A stretch of 64,000 nt of DNA, taken from Desulfobulbaceae bacterium. Its GTDB lineage: Bacteria > Desulfobacterota > Desulfobulbia > Desulfobulbales > SURF-16. The notes beneath the pieces were generated by a model, which saw only the letters and a program-made list of their open reading frames with translations, searched no databases and was not told the origin of the DNA. The stretch's first letter is position 1; each line of letters begins with the position of its first letter. The translations under genes were made by a program, and so were the position numbers. The stretch lies in the NCBI GenBank assembly GCA_027859235.1, contig JAQIBE010000263.1, positions 3,568 through 67,567 on the forward strand. Direction: 5' to 3'. Below are positions 30,939 to 41,810 of the stretch, piece after piece.

Positions 30939-32588
30939 ATGGATAATAAAAGAGCCTTATTGGCTGTTGTTTTATCGTTGGGCATTTTGTTGGTCTATAA
31001 TCAACTCTTTGTCTCGCACGCCCCTCCTGTTGTTCCCATTGCAACTCAGACCTCTGAGGTTATGGGTCAGTCTCCTGATGCTGCTGTAACATCTATATCC
31101 CCCAGTAGTCTGACGCCCCCTGTGCCGCTTCCTGTTATGGCATCCGGGCGTGAAGGAGTGGATGTTGTGGTTGAAACCAGCCTGTATACGGCGGTTTTTA
31201 CCGAGAACGGCGGCGGTTTAAAGAGCTTTAAGCTTAAGAATTATACGGCGGAGCTTGCTGGTGATAGTGGCGAGCAGGAGCTCGTTGTGCAGACTGAGTT
31301 TAATGAGCTGCCGCTCTATTTTTCCTGGGGTGCAGATCCATCCTCTGCAGCTATTCCTTTGTATGAAGCCGACCGCACCGCTCTTGTGGTGCGTGATGAC
31401 GCGCAAACCCTCACCATGAATACCAGACTCCCCTCCGGAGTGGTGATGAGACGGATGATGACCTTTCATCCTGATTCCTATGTTATTGACCTTGAGGTTC
31501 AGGTGAGCAATGGTTCCACAGAACATCAGGTTCAGGGGGCACCATTTTTACGGCTGGTGAACGAGCCCTTTGCAGAGAATATGAATAGTCGCTTTCTCTT
31601 CACGGGGCCTGCCCAATATGCAGGTGGAGTCTTCGATCAATTCAAGGTTGCTGATCTGGAAGATGGTAAGATCGAGAAGGTCGGCGTTTTTGACTGGATT
31701 GGTTATGAAGGGATCTATTTTATGATGGCTGTGGTTCCCGGTGCTGAGCAGCAGACCGTATCCTATCAACTCCTGGATCCACTCAAAAAGAAGGTGTCCA
31801 CCACCTTGAGTTCCGGCGCGGTTGCTTTAAGTCCCGGAAATATAAAATCCTATTCCTACAGCAGTTATTTGGGCCCGAAGAAATTAGAGATCCTCAAGGG
31901 GGTTGGTTCCAACCTCAGTAAGGCGGTTAATTTTGGTTTCTTTGATTTTCTTGCAAAACCCATGCTGTTCCTGCTGAATTTTATTTTTGATTATGTCAAA
32001 AATTATGGTGTGGCCATTATTCTGTTGACGGTGCTTATCAAGGCGGTGTTCTGGCCTCTCTCTTACAAGGGTATGAAGTCCATGAAGGCCATGCAGAAGC
32101 TTGGCCCGAAGATGACTCAGATCCGTGAGAAGTACAGCGATGATCGGGACCGCATGAACCGTGAAATGATGCAGCTGTACAAGACGTATAATGTAAGTCC
32201 TGTTGGCGGTTGTTTGCCCATGCTGGCGCAGATCCCGGTATTTTTTGCCCTATATCGTCTCCTGATGCAGACCATTGAGCTGCGCCATGCGCCATTCTTT
32301 GGTTGGATTACCGACCTGTCGGCACCGGAGCGTTTATTTATAGGCTTTGATTTACCCTATCTCGGCGGGTTGCCGCTGTTGACCCTGTGTATGGGTCTGT
32401 CCATGTTCCTGCAGCAGAAGTTGACCCCGCAGCCTGCAGATGCTACTCAAGCGAAGATTATGATGTTTATGCCTGTAATCTTTACCGTGATTTCCATTAA
32501 ATTTGCATCAGGTCTTGTCCTGTACTGGCTCGTTAATAATTTACTGTCCATGTTGCAGCAATATGCCATTAATAAGGCTCCAGATTGA
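30939..32588 (+). CDS. yidC: Membrane protein insertase YidC
   Basis: MDNKRALLAVVLSLGILLVYNQLF, FPLSYKGMKSMKAMQKLGPKM-type region, synteny. Confidence 0.96.
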   Translation: MDNKRALLAVVLSLGILLVYNQLFVSHAPPVVPIATQTSEVMGQSPDAAVTSISPSSLTPPVPLPVMASGREGVDVVVETSLYTAVFTENGGGLKSFKLKNYTAELAGDSGEQELVVQTEFNELPLYFSWGADPSSAAIPLYEADRTALVVRDDAQTLTMNTRLPSGVVMRRMMTFHPDSYVIDLEVQVSNGSTEHQVQGAPFLRLVNEPFAENMNSRFLFTGPAQYAGGVFDQFKVADLEDGKIEKVGVFDWIGYEGIYFMMAVVPGAEQQTVSYQLLDPLKKKVSTTLSSGAVALSPGNIKSYSYSSYLGPKKLEILKGVGSNLSKAVNFGFFDFLAKPMLFLLNFIFDYVKNYGVAIILLTVLIKAVFWPLSYKGMKSMKAMQKLGPKMTQIREKYSDDRDRMNREMMQLYKTYNVSPVGGCLPMLAQIPVFFALYRLLMQTIELRHAPFFGWITDLSAPERLFIGFDLPYLGGLPLLTLCMGLSMFLQQKLTPQPADATQAKIMMFMPVIFTVISIKFASGLVLYWLVNNLLSMLQQYAINKAPD

Positions 32589-32651
32589 TTCAAGGAGTGT
32601 GGTTAAATTGTCCCTCGGGAAAAGATTCAGGTGTTGCATGAGGAAAAGATA

Positions 32652-33569
32652 ATGGCAAAAAAGTTTCAGTTTAAAGGGAAAGATATTGATGATGCCGTGA
32701 ACAAGGCCTGTGCCAGGTTCGGTGTTGGCCGTGATGAGCTGAATATTGATGTTGTCTCCACTGGTTCAACGGGCATCTTCGGCTTGCTGAAGAAACAGTC
32801 TTCCATTGAGGCGTGGCTGAAGAGTGATATGGCGGCGGATGTCGTTCCGGAGAAAACTCCTGTTGTTGCGGATGACATCCCTGGACCGGAAGAGGTTGTT
32901 GAGGATGTTGGTGTTGAGCCTGGTGAGGAGAGCCCCACCAAACCTGAGAAGGCGAAAGTGCAGGAGCCGGAAGAGGCTGCCCCCCAAAAGAGTCGTCCCC
33001 GTTATCGTCCTCCCCAGCATACCCCTGTCCCTGTTCCTGAAGAGTTCCATGCCGGCCTGAAGGATGAATTGCTGCAACTCCTGAAACTCATGGGTATGGA
33101 GGGCGAAATCACCTTTGGTGAGGAGAACGGCAAGACAGCGCTTGTGATTCAAGGGCAAGAACTCATCGAACCCCTCACTGCCCGTGACGGGCAGGCGTTG
33201 GATGGTTTGCAGTATCTTCTGCGAAAAATTTCCAGCCATACCTTGCCTGAAAACGGCATGTTTGTGGTGGATATTGACGGTTTTCGCGGTAAACGTCGGG
33301 CGGAACTGCAGGAGCTGGCGATCACCCTTGCTGATGAGGTAAAGGAAAAAAATGTGACCCGGACCATTCCTCCCCTCAACCCCTCAGAGCGCCGCATTGT
33401 CCATATGCACCTTCAGGATGATACAAGTATCCGCAGCCGCAGCGTTGGGAGCGGTTTGTTTAAGAAAATTTTGATTTATCAGCCTGGAACCCGCAAAAGA
33501 CCAAGCCGTAATAAGCGTGCAAATCGTCCCCGCGGAGGACGCGGGCAGGACCAGGACGGAAATAAGTAG
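32652..33569 (+). CDS. jag: Jag family RNA-binding protein (Jag-N/KH/R3H)
   Basis: FKGKDIDDAVNKACARFGVGRDELNIDVVSTGSTGIFGLLKK; VDIDGFRGKRRAELQELAITLADEV; R3H region NPSERRIVHMHLQDD. Confidence 0.93.
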   Translation: MAKKFQFKGKDIDDAVNKACARFGVGRDELNIDVVSTGSTGIFGLLKKQSSIEAWLKSDMAADVVPEKTPVVADDIPGPEEVVEDVGVEPGEESPTKPEKAKVQEPEEAAPQKSRPRYRPPQHTPVPVPEEFHAGLKDELLQLLKLMGMEGEITFGEENGKTALVIQGQELIEPLTARDGQALDGLQYLLRKISSHTLPENGMFVVDIDGFRGKRRAELQELAITLADEVKEKNVTRTIPPLNPSERRIVHMHLQDDTSIRSRSVGSGLFKKILIYQPGTRKRPSRNKRANRPRGGRGQDQDGNK

Positions 33570-33718
33570 TCTTGGTGTGGATGGACATGTCCTGATATGA
33601 TGGGTGCAGACAGTTTTTAACTGTCTGGGCCTTTTTTTATTTTTGGAGTATGATTTTGTTGCCGTTTTAGTCTTTTTAAATTGCCTTCTTGTCATAATAA
33701 TGGAGCCTGCACCCCATC

Positions 33719-35110
33719 ATGTCTCTTTCAGAACTGAGTGAACCAACCATAGCTGCAATTGCCACGCCTCCTGGTCCAGGCGGCATTGGGGTTATCCGCA
33801 TGAGCGGTGACCTGTCCCTTGGTATCCTTAAACGTGTTTTCGTCCCGAAGAATGTGGAGAAAATGTTTGTCAGTCATCATTTATCCTACGGTGATGTTGT
33901 TGATCCTGAAACGGGGCAGATGGTGGATGAGGTCCTTGCCGTGTATATGGCGGCCCCTGCCACCTATACCCGTGAGGATGTGGTGGAGATCCATTGCCAC
34001 GGCAGTTTTCTGATCCTGCAGCAGGTGTTGTCATTACTAATCAGCCGGGGAGCGACCTTGGCGTCCCCCGGGGAATTCACAAAACGTGCCTTCCTGAACG
34101 GTCGCATTGATCTCACCCGGGCCGAGGCCGTGATGGAGCTGCTGGATGCCACCACCTCTGCCAAGCTTGATATGGCGCGGAACCAGCTGGGCGGCGGTCT
34201 TTATGATCAGATCATGGCTATTCGCCAGCAGCTTCTTGTCTGTCGCGGGATTATTGAGGTGGCCATTGATTTTCCTGATGAGGATGCCGAGATTCTTGAT
34301 GGAGAAAAGATGATCGGCGATATTCGGCATAATGTTATTGCCCCTTTGGAGGATCTTATCCGTTCCGCCCGGCGGGGTCAGGTTTTTCGTGAAGGGGTCT
34401 CAGTTGTCATCCTTGGGAGGCCCAATGTGGGGAAGTCCTCCCTGCTGAATGGACTCTTGCGGGAGGAGCGGGCCATTGTTACCTCGGTACCCGGCACCAC
34501 GCGGGATACAATTGAGGAGATTATTGACATTCGTGGCTTACCCGTACGGATCGTCGATACGGCCGGTATTCGTGAACATGCCGGGAAGGTGGAGGAGATC
34601 GGTATTAACCGGGCCAAGGCGAAGCTGGCCCAGGCTGATTTTGTTCTGTTCCTCATTGACGGGCCGGGTGGGATTAGTGCAGAGGAGCTGGAATTAAGGA
34701 AGCTGGTTCAGGGAAAACCCGTGTTGTTTGCGGTGAATAAAATTGATGTTATGGATTATGAGCCGGCAGACTTTGCTGAATTTTGCGGAAAATCTCCTCA
34801 GTTTGGCATTTCCGCAAAGCTCCATTTAGGTATTGAGGCCCTGGAAAATGGTCTGTACTCCCTTGTCACCAGCGGGGATGACTGGGATCCCGGCCATGGT
34901 GTCGTGCCCAATGTCCGGCATCGCTTGTCCCTTGAAAAAGGTCTTGAGGCGGCGCAGCGGGTAACCCTGGGTCTTGGACAGGGGCTTTCAGCGGATCTTT
35001 TAGCGGTTGATTTGCAGGATGTGCTGGATGGTCTTGGTGACATTATTGGTGAAACCACCACGGAAGATGTCCTTGATGTCATATTTGAACAATTTTGTTT
35101 GGGGAAATGA
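33719..35110 (+). CDS. mnmE: tRNA uridine-5-carboxymethylaminomethyl modification GTPase
   Basis: 463 aa; TIAAIATPPGPGGIGVIRMSG, GRPNVGKSSLLNGLLREERAIVTSVPGTTRDTIEE; ends CLGK then TGA. Confidence 0.97.
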   Translation: MSLSELSEPTIAAIATPPGPGGIGVIRMSGDLSLGILKRVFVPKNVEKMFVSHHLSYGDVVDPETGQMVDEVLAVYMAAPATYTREDVVEIHCHGSFLILQQVLSLLISRGATLASPGEFTKRAFLNGRIDLTRAEAVMELLDATTSAKLDMARNQLGGGLYDQIMAIRQQLLVCRGIIEVAIDFPDEDAEILDGEKMIGDIRHNVIAPLEDLIRSARRGQVFREGVSVVILGRPNVGKSSLLNGLLREERAIVTSVPGTTRDTIEEIIDIRGLPVRIVDTAGIREHAGKVEEIGINRAKAKLAQADFVLFLIDGPGGISAEELELRKLVQGKPVLFAVNKIDVMDYEPADFAEFCGKSPQFGISAKLHLGIEALENGLYSLVTSGDDWDPGHGVVPNVRHRLSLEKGLEAAQRVTLGLGQGLSADLLAVDLQDVLDGLGDIIGETTTEDVLDVIFEQFCLGK

Positions 35111-35231
35111 CCATTGTCAGGCTTTGGGGATCTTTTTGCCAAGCAGAGAGGGGTGGGTTTGGGTGGTTATGTAAAGATGGATGCTGCTCCTGCTGATTTC
35201 TTCGGGGTTAATATGTTGTCAGGGAAAATGT

Positions 35232-35756
35232 ATGTCTACGCGTAAAACAATATTGTCTAAAGCACAACTGCAGAAACGGGTTAGCGAACTTGGCGCTCAG
35301 ATCAGCCGGGATTACTCTGGCAAGTCGTTGGTGCTGATAGGGGTGCTGAACGGCGCTTTTATTTTTATGGCAGATCTGGCCCGTGCCATAGAACTTGAGC
35401 ATGTGCAGGTGGATTTTATTCGGGTGTCCAGTTACGGTAAATCCTCAGAATCTTCCGGTGAAATTACCCTGAGCAAGGATGTTGAACTTGATCTTGAGGA
35501 TAAAGATGTCCTGCTCGTGGAGGATATTATTGATACGGGACGGACACTGGCCTGGTTGCACCACTCGTTTCAGCAGAGGAAGGCTGCATCGGTGCGAATC
35601 TGTACCCTGATTGATAAATCTGAGCGGCGTGAGGTGGATATTCAGCCAGATTACACAGGGTTTGTTGTTGCTGAAGGATTCCTCGTTGGTTATGGCCTTG
35701 ATTATGCTGAGGATTTCAGGCATTTTCCAGAAATATCCCATCTTGAATTGTCGTAA
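35232..35756 (+). CDS. hpt: Hypoxanthine phosphoribosyltransferase
   Basis: VLIGVLNGAFIFMADLAR, VLLVEDIIDTGRTLAWL. Confidence 0.93.
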   Translation: MSTRKTILSKAQLQKRVSELGAQISRDYSGKSLVLIGVLNGAFIFMADLARAIELEHVQVDFIRVSSYGKSSESSGEITLSKDVELDLEDKDVLLVEDIIDTGRTLAWLHHSFQQRKAASVRICTLIDKSERREVDIQPDYTGFVVAEGFLVGYGLDYAEDFRHFPEISHLELS

Positions 35757-36070
35757 TCTGCTAATTCAAGACCCATCCCCTTTCTGCACTGTTGTTTTAG
35801 AGGCGTTTTCCTGAGGGTTTATTTATGTTGGCTTGAATTTTACTGCATTGCCACGGATTGATCGATTGGGGTCTGGTTTTCCTTTCGGTCTTTGGCTTGG
35901 TGTTTATTATTCAGGGAATGATTAATTTTCTTAAAGATCCTGAGGACTCTGAGGAGGATGAGTAGGTGCTTCCTTCTGAAGCGGTCTTGAGGGTGATCCG
36001 GGTTATAGGTCGGGATGGGTATCAGCTGACTGACAGGAGATGGGGCAGGATGATTGGCTGGTAAGGAAGG

Positions 36071-36131
36071 TGGCGGAGAAGGAGGGATTCGAACCCTCGG
36101 TTCGCGATTAACGAACACTCGCTTAGCAGTC
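36071..36131 (-). other. 3' fragment of tRNA-Ser(GCU), probable att site of a genomic island
   Basis: Reverse complement ends ...ACTGCTAAGCGAGTGTTCGTTAATCGCGAACCGAGGGTTCGAATCCCTCCTTCTCCGCCA; the 5' half of the tRNA (acceptor, D-arm) is missing and replaced by unrelated AT-rich sequence. Confidence 0.8.
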
Positions 36132-36339
36132 AATTCAGCGATATTTGTTATAGGCGTCTCTGCTGATTTCCTTTGAACAACTTGGTCTTAATGGAGCTTG
36201 AAAGATATAGAAAGCCCAAGAAGTGGTACATAGAGTGGTACAGTACACTTTTCCTTTTATTCTAATTGTATCTCAAATTGTTGAGTTTTTATTCAATCTT
36301 TAGTGAACCTTTTATTAATCTTATAAGAGGTATTTTGTA

Positions 36340-37803
36340 ATGAGTGAAAATAATAAAAAAGATGAGAAAGACAAAGATTTTCTGAAGGACGTTGTAGTCC
36401 CAGAATTTGTATTTTTTCATACTAGCCAAAAGGAGGGATATGCAAAGAGGGCAATCGAGAAAAATTGTAATGAAATTTACAATATCAAATCTAATAAGTT
36501 TTTAGAATTTCTCAGATCACTCCATTATAAGGAATTTAACAAAGGTATAAGTAGATCAGAGTTGAGCTCTATACAGGAGACTTGTAATAGTATAGCTATT
36601 TTTGCTCCAGATTCTCGCGAGGAAGAGGTGCATTTAAGAACAGCTCAAAAGAAAAAGGTTATATATGTTGATCTCGGTGATAAAACTTGGAAGGTTGTGA
36701 GGATAACGAGTGAAGGGTGTAAAATTGTTAAGAACATTAACGTTAATTTTCACAGGCCCTCTGGATATTTGCCATTATGTCGTCCAGATCTTAATTCTAA
36801 AAAAGGTAAGGGCTTTAGGTTATTAAAACAGTTCTTTAGAAATATATCTAATGAAGACTATAGGTTAATGTTGTGTTGGTTGATTTCAGCAATTAGACCA
36901 TCAGGACCTTTTCCTATCTTAATTTTACAAGGTGAACAAGGAGCTGGAAAGAGTACATGTATGCGATTTCTAAAAATGTTGATCGACCCATTTAAAGCCC
37001 CGATTAGATCTCTTCCAAAGACAGAAAGAGACTTGATGATATCCGCTTTAAATAGCATGCTTTTAGCATTTGATAATATTTCAAATCTTAAAGCAGAGTT
37101 ACCTGATGCTTTTTGTCGACTTGCGACTGGTGCAGGGCTTTCTACCCGGAAACTATATTCAGATGATGGGGAGCAGTTTTTCGAGGCTTGTCGTCCAATT
37201 ATGTTAAACGGTATTAGTGATTTTGTTACCAAGAACGATTTAGCAAGTCGATCCATTCTGTTGAGTCTTGCAAGTATTGACCGCCCAGATAGGGTCACTG
37301 AACAAGAATTAAGGAAGAATTTCCGTGATGCTCAACCTGCAATCTTAGCAGATCTTTACAGGGCTGTTAGTGTCGCATTGAAAAATATTGATACGGTTAA
37401 ACTGAAAAATAGTCCTAGAATGGCAGATTTTGCTGCATGGTCTTGTGCCGCCTCAAAAAAGGTTAAATGGACTCATGATCAATTTCTGGAAGCCTATGAT
37501 GTTAACCAAAAACAATTGTCAGATGCTTGTTTTGACGCAGATATTGTTGCTACGACAGTGCATAACTTTATGATAGAAGCGTTAGCTTGGCAAGGGACAG
37601 CTACCGAATTATTAACTGCTTTGTCTAAATTTAATCCTGAAGTTACCCAAACAAGGTATTGGCCTAAATCTGCGAGTAAAATGTCCAGTCGACTAAGGGA
37701 AGGATTGCCTGCGTTGCAGGAGAAAAGAATAGAGGTGAAGCTTTTTCGTAAGGATGATAAGCGGCTTATTCAATTAGAATTGCTAGATGAAGATGATGAA
37801 TAA
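36340..37803 (+). CDS. VapE-like / primase-helicase-type P-loop ATPase of a mobile element
   Basis: 487 aa; ILILQGEQGAGKSTCMRFLKMLIDP Walker A, MLLAFDNISNLKAELPDAFCRLATGAGLSTRKLYSDDGE. Confidence 0.75.
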   Translation: MSENNKKDEKDKDFLKDVVVPEFVFFHTSQKEGYAKRAIEKNCNEIYNIKSNKFLEFLRSLHYKEFNKGISRSELSSIQETCNSIAIFAPDSREEEVHLRTAQKKKVIYVDLGDKTWKVVRITSEGCKIVKNINVNFHRPSGYLPLCRPDLNSKKGKGFRLLKQFFRNISNEDYRLMLCWLISAIRPSGPFPILILQGEQGAGKSTCMRFLKMLIDPFKAPIRSLPKTERDLMISALNSMLLAFDNISNLKAELPDAFCRLATGAGLSTRKLYSDDGEQFFEACRPIMLNGISDFVTKNDLASRSILLSLASIDRPDRVTEQELRKNFRDAQPAILADLYRAVSVALKNIDTVKLKNSPRMADFAAWSCAASKKVKWTHDQFLEAYDVNQKQLSDACFDADIVATTVHNFMIEALAWQGTATELLTALSKFNPEVTQTRYWPKSASKMSSRLREGLPALQEKRIEVKLFRKDDKRLIQLELLDEDDE

Positions 37804-37845
37804 GTTGTAGTATAGTTTGGCTTGTGCTGGTTGGCGTGTAATCAA

Positions 37846-37866
37846 CAGGCTGGCTTTGCCAGCCTG
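37846..37866 (+). terminator. Hairpin caggctggc-ttt-gccagcctg downstream of the VapE-like gene
   Basis: Perfect 9-bp stem, 3-nt loop; not followed by a clean U-tract, so confidence is moderate. Confidence 0.5.
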
Positions 37867-38822
37867 TTACAACCGTCACTACGTGACGGCACTAACGGCT
37901 TTTTTTACTTTTTAATATTATATAAATATTATTATAAAATGAAAATGTTTGAGTAAGTAAGTAATACGTGAGCGATGAGACAAATGCATGAATGTGCCGT
38001 TAGTGCCGTCATATCGTCATCAAACCAAGCTATTCACTTTTCTTATAACTATCGTCATGTCGTCACTGCCGTCACCATGAAGTTTGATTTGATAAAGATA
38101 TACTTAGATAATAGTATAAAATAAATATCAAGCCTATGGATTACATTGTGTATGACTCGGTTTATGATCGAATTCGAAGAGCAACGGGCTCCTTATGTAT
38201 GAAGAAGGTAATTACACAGAATTATTTACAGGCTCACCTTATCCTAAGAAACAGATCTATCCATCAACACTCATATACTGCACATCTTCAATACCTCTAT
38301 AGTCAACAAACAATCATCAATACTCCTATGTTGTTCATCACCAAGATTTAAGTAGTGAGCTAATGATGCTAATTTCATGTCTCCAGCTCGCTTACCAAAG
38401 ACCTGATCAATAGTGGGTAGGTGTCAATGATACCCGTATTTACAGGCATGGGCATACCGATAGCATCAAAGCTCTTGGTATGGCTGGGAATGTCGAAATT
38501 AATGATATTCTGGCCACCCCCCACTCTATCATGAAGAATAAGATAAATATCGACTATGTTGGCTCTAGCTTAGTATTTAGCAGCAATTCCATCTACTAGA
38601 ACGGTTGTCAACCGTGTAGTACAAAATCGAGCCAATTTCACCAATACTAATATATTTCTTAGGATGAGGACTACACCTCCTACTATAGCTTTCACCATGA
38701 ATAAAAACAGCTAAATACCCGAAAATCTGTCTCAAAACACACGCCCTACCTATATTTACGGGTTAATAAGCAGAATCCCACTTGCGCTAAACTGCAAGAT
38801 TTTCCACAAAAAACAGGACAAA

Positions 38823-40904
38823 TTATACTGTCCTACCCCTATTAGCAAGAAACCCGATATGTTGCTTACGATCAGGCTGCTTGAATGCTATTTCTGCCTT
38901 TAACCCCCGGATTATCAGCTCAGGCTTCAACTTCAATCCACTTATTCGGGCTTTCCTTACCACAACAGCAAAATCACCAGGGGTAAGAAATCGACATTTC
39001 TCTAGTTCGCATCGCCATTGTTTTTTATTTTCCAATTCCCCCCCTTCTTCTTCAAAAACAGCCACAAAGAGACTCCATGCCTGATCCGATTTTAGGTAAT
39101 CAAACTTTATTTTCAAATCAAAACGCCGGAGTGAAGCCTGATCAAAACAGTCCATCAAATTAGTGGAACACACAAAAACACCGTTATGCCTCTCTATTTG
39201 CGTTAACAGCTCATTAACCTGGGTTACTTCCCAAGTATGACGGGCTCCACTACGATCACGAAGAAAACTATCGGCTTCATCAAGCATTAACACAGCTTTC
39301 TCGTAGGTGGCCTCATAGAACATATTGGCAATGTTGGCTTCCGTCTGCCCGAGATACGGGCCAAGCAGATCAGAGCCTCTTTTGACCAATAATGGCCTGT
39401 CCAGTTCTTTAGCTAAATAGCGACCAAACTCAGTTTTCCCTGTGCCAGAAGCGCCATAGAGACAAAGCCGCCCTTCCCCCTGTCTTTGGAGCCCCTGGAC
39501 AATCCCATGTAAATCATGATCGGAATTGACCGCATCAAGGCAATATCTAACATGGGGCATCGCCTCAACAACTGGCTGCCGCGGATACCCCATAGCCATC
39601 AAAGTAGATTCCAGTAGAATTTCAAGCTTCTTTTCTACGTCTTGAGGGCTTTCCATTTTCTGGCACTGCACAACACCAACAGCTCTTGCAATGACTGCTG
39701 GTGCGATATTCTTATTATCAGCCAAAAGCTCCAACCAGTCTTGACTGACCGACAGACCCTCTAGGTAGCCAGTAAGAATCTCAAGCCTCGTTGACCGTGG
39801 AGGATGATCCAGATGGAGCGCAATATCAAAGCGTCGAACAAAAGCACTTTCCGCATGACGTATATCATTCGCAATCCAGATGGCCGGCACTTGGTTGTTT
39901 TCAAGACTGTTATTAATGCTCGCTTTTAGATTTAGAGCCCCTCCAAACCCCCTGTGAAACCCGGAGTTTTCCAACAAACTATCAATCTCATCAAAAAGAA
40001 GAATTGTATTTTTCTGTCTGGCCAATACCTGTTGTGCCAACTGAAATGCTCTCAGCCGCTGTGGTTCATCAAATGGTCGTTCTTCACCACCGATACTTAC
40101 TTCATACAGTTTGCAACCAATCGTCTTTGTGACCGTCTTTGCAAACTGGCTCTTTCCAGTACCAGGAGGGCCGTACACCAGGATATTTACCCCTTTTACA
40201 TGATGTTCGCAGGCGTGCTGAATATGCGCTTTAACCAAGGCAAAGTGATCGCCAACATGCCGATAATTGTTTTCATCCAATTCAGGATTACTAGCTGGGG
40301 TGAAGTAATACTCTAACAGGGTTTCGATAGTACCCTCAGGCTCCTGGAGTGCATTAGCTAATCCTTCCAACAACTCAAGGTGATCGTAGACCAGGTGCTG
40401 TGATCCACCCATGATGTTTCCAACCTTTAACAAGCCAGACTGACCCAGCAAACCCTGCCGGGAAAGTGCATCACAGACTTCTTGACGTGGAAGAGCAAGA
40501 ATGACCGAAAGTGCAAAGACAAGACGCTCTACATTCCCTTCCCCCAAGGTATTCATTATTTCCTGAAGCCCTACGTCCTCCTGCAGCACAACAGTGAACA
40601 CCAATATCTCCCTCTCTGCATTTTTCAGCCCAAGATACTCCGCAATCTTCTTGCCATTTCGGGCTAAATTCTCATTGAGTCCGGCCGGTTGTTTCTCAAA
40701 CTTCTCCCTCTGCTTCCTTAGCGTTTCGACAAATTCCTTTTTTGTCATCTCCTGATCAACAAGATGATCTAATCCAATAGGGGCAAGGATGTCTGGGTCA
40801 GAGGTAAAATTGTAATGTTTTCTCTGCAGCATTTTCCAACCTTTGAGCTCCATTAAAACTTTCAAAGCCCACAGAGAAACTTGATTCTTTTGTTTTTTAT
40901 TCAT
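38823..40904 (-). CDS. AAA+ family ATPase with two ATPase modules
   Basis: 693 aa; ILVYGPPGTGKSQFAKTVTKTIG...TILLFDEIDSLL and LCLYGASGTGKTEFGRYLAKEL...AVLMLDEADSFLRDR. Confidence 0.88.
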   Translation of the reverse strand: MNKKQKNQVSLWALKVLMELKGWKMLQRKHYNFTSDPDILAPIGLDHLVDQEMTKKEFVETLRKQREKFEKQPAGLNENLARNGKKIAEYLGLKNAEREILVFTVVLQEDVGLQEIMNTLGEGNVERLVFALSVILALPRQEVCDALSRQGLLGQSGLLKVGNIMGGSQHLVYDHLELLEGLANALQEPEGTIETLLEYYFTPASNPELDENNYRHVGDHFALVKAHIQHACEHHVKGVNILVYGPPGTGKSQFAKTVTKTIGCKLYEVSIGGEERPFDEPQRLRAFQLAQQVLARQKNTILLFDEIDSLLENSGFHRGFGGALNLKASINNSLENNQVPAIWIANDIRHAESAFVRRFDIALHLDHPPRSTRLEILTGYLEGLSVSQDWLELLADNKNIAPAVIARAVGVVQCQKMESPQDVEKKLEILLESTLMAMGYPRQPVVEAMPHVRYCLDAVNSDHDLHGIVQGLQRQGEGRLCLYGASGTGKTEFGRYLAKELDRPLLVKRGSDLLGPYLGQTEANIANMFYEATYEKAVLMLDEADSFLRDRSGARHTWEVTQVNELLTQIERHNGVFVCSTNLMDCFDQASLRRFDLKIKFDYLKSDQAWSLFVAVFEEEGGELENKKQWRCELEKCRFLTPGDFAVVVRKARISGLKLKPELIIRGLKAEIAFKQPDRKQHIGFLANRGRTV

Positions 40905-41035
40905 GATGAATACCGTCCTATTTTACATATTATATTTGGCAAGATTTTCGCGACTATCATATTCAGGGCTTGATTGAACGCATGACTGCCGTACTCAGTT
41001 TGCGTTTTTGGCAACCCACAAGTCACAACAGTCTG

Positions 41036-41224
41036 TCAAAATCCACATTGCGAGCAGATGATTTTCAATTCTTTCCCGTTATAGATAATCACATCATTGC
41101 CAAGAAAATGGCCGAAGGTGACATGATGCCCACAATCAAGTTGGAACTTCTGATTTTGTAATGATTGAAGATACGACCGCAACACCTCTACATCCTGGTA
41201 TTCGGCCTTTTGCTTGCTAGTCAT
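41036..41224 (-). CDS. Small Cys/His-containing hypothetical protein
   Basis: 62 aa; LDCGHHVTFGHF...IICSQCGF; between the AAA ATPase and the C39-like gene on the same strand; ends in TGA. Confidence 0.55.
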   Translation of the reverse strand: MTSKQKAEYQDVEVLRSYLQSLQNQKFQLDCGHHVTFGHFLGNDVIIYNGKELKIICSQCGF

Positions 41225-41810
41225 TTGGTCTCAAAAAGAAGGTTTGAGATGGATAGATAAGTACCGGCGTCTCAGAGTTGAGCTCCGTTGTTGAACAGTG
41301 CCTACGGTTAACAACTTTGCGACCATCAGAATCATTGAGAATCATCTGCTTAGAGGTGATTTCCTTCACCACAGTCCAGTGCCCCCATTTACTGGTTTCG
41401 ATGACTATGATGACTGATCGTGGCTCATCTGAATTCAAAAAACCAGTAAGCGTATCCCAATACTCGTCAATAGACACCTTTGCCCTTCGGTGGAATGGTT
41501 TTGTTCGGATCAGGTCATATTGAGGGCAAATGATGTCCCTGAGGATAATAGAGAGATCAACTACGGAGATTCCGGTTGTGATGTAAACTGAGGCAGGCTT
41601 TTTCTTCTCAAGGGTCAAAACAGCTTCATAGAGCAGATCACTCCCTTCATTGTGGCTTATCCTTACTATGAGTTTAAGGGCATTAATCACAGCGTATATA
41701 CCACAAAGACCGTCAAGCTGACCTTGCCTAAAGGGCTCCCGCTTCATTTGAAAATAATCCCTGGAATATCTTTGGCAGGTCGTACTTTCCAAAATTCTTC
41801 CAACTCGCAA
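41217..41810 (-). CDS. Putative C39/papain-like cysteine peptidase-fold protein
   Basis: 197 aa; GQLDGLCGIYAVINALKLI (Cys motif) and TSKWGHWTVVKEI...LNDSD (His...Asp-like). Confidence 0.6.
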   Translation of the reverse strand: MRVGRILESTTCQRYSRDYFQMKREPFRQGQLDGLCGIYAVINALKLIVRISHNEGSDLLYEAVLTLEKKKPASVYITTGISVVDLSIILRDIICPQYDLIRTKPFHRRAKVSIDEYWDTLTGFLNSDEPRSVIIVIETSKWGHWTVVKEITSKQMILNDSDGRKVVNRRHCSTTELNSETPVLIYPSQTFFLRPND

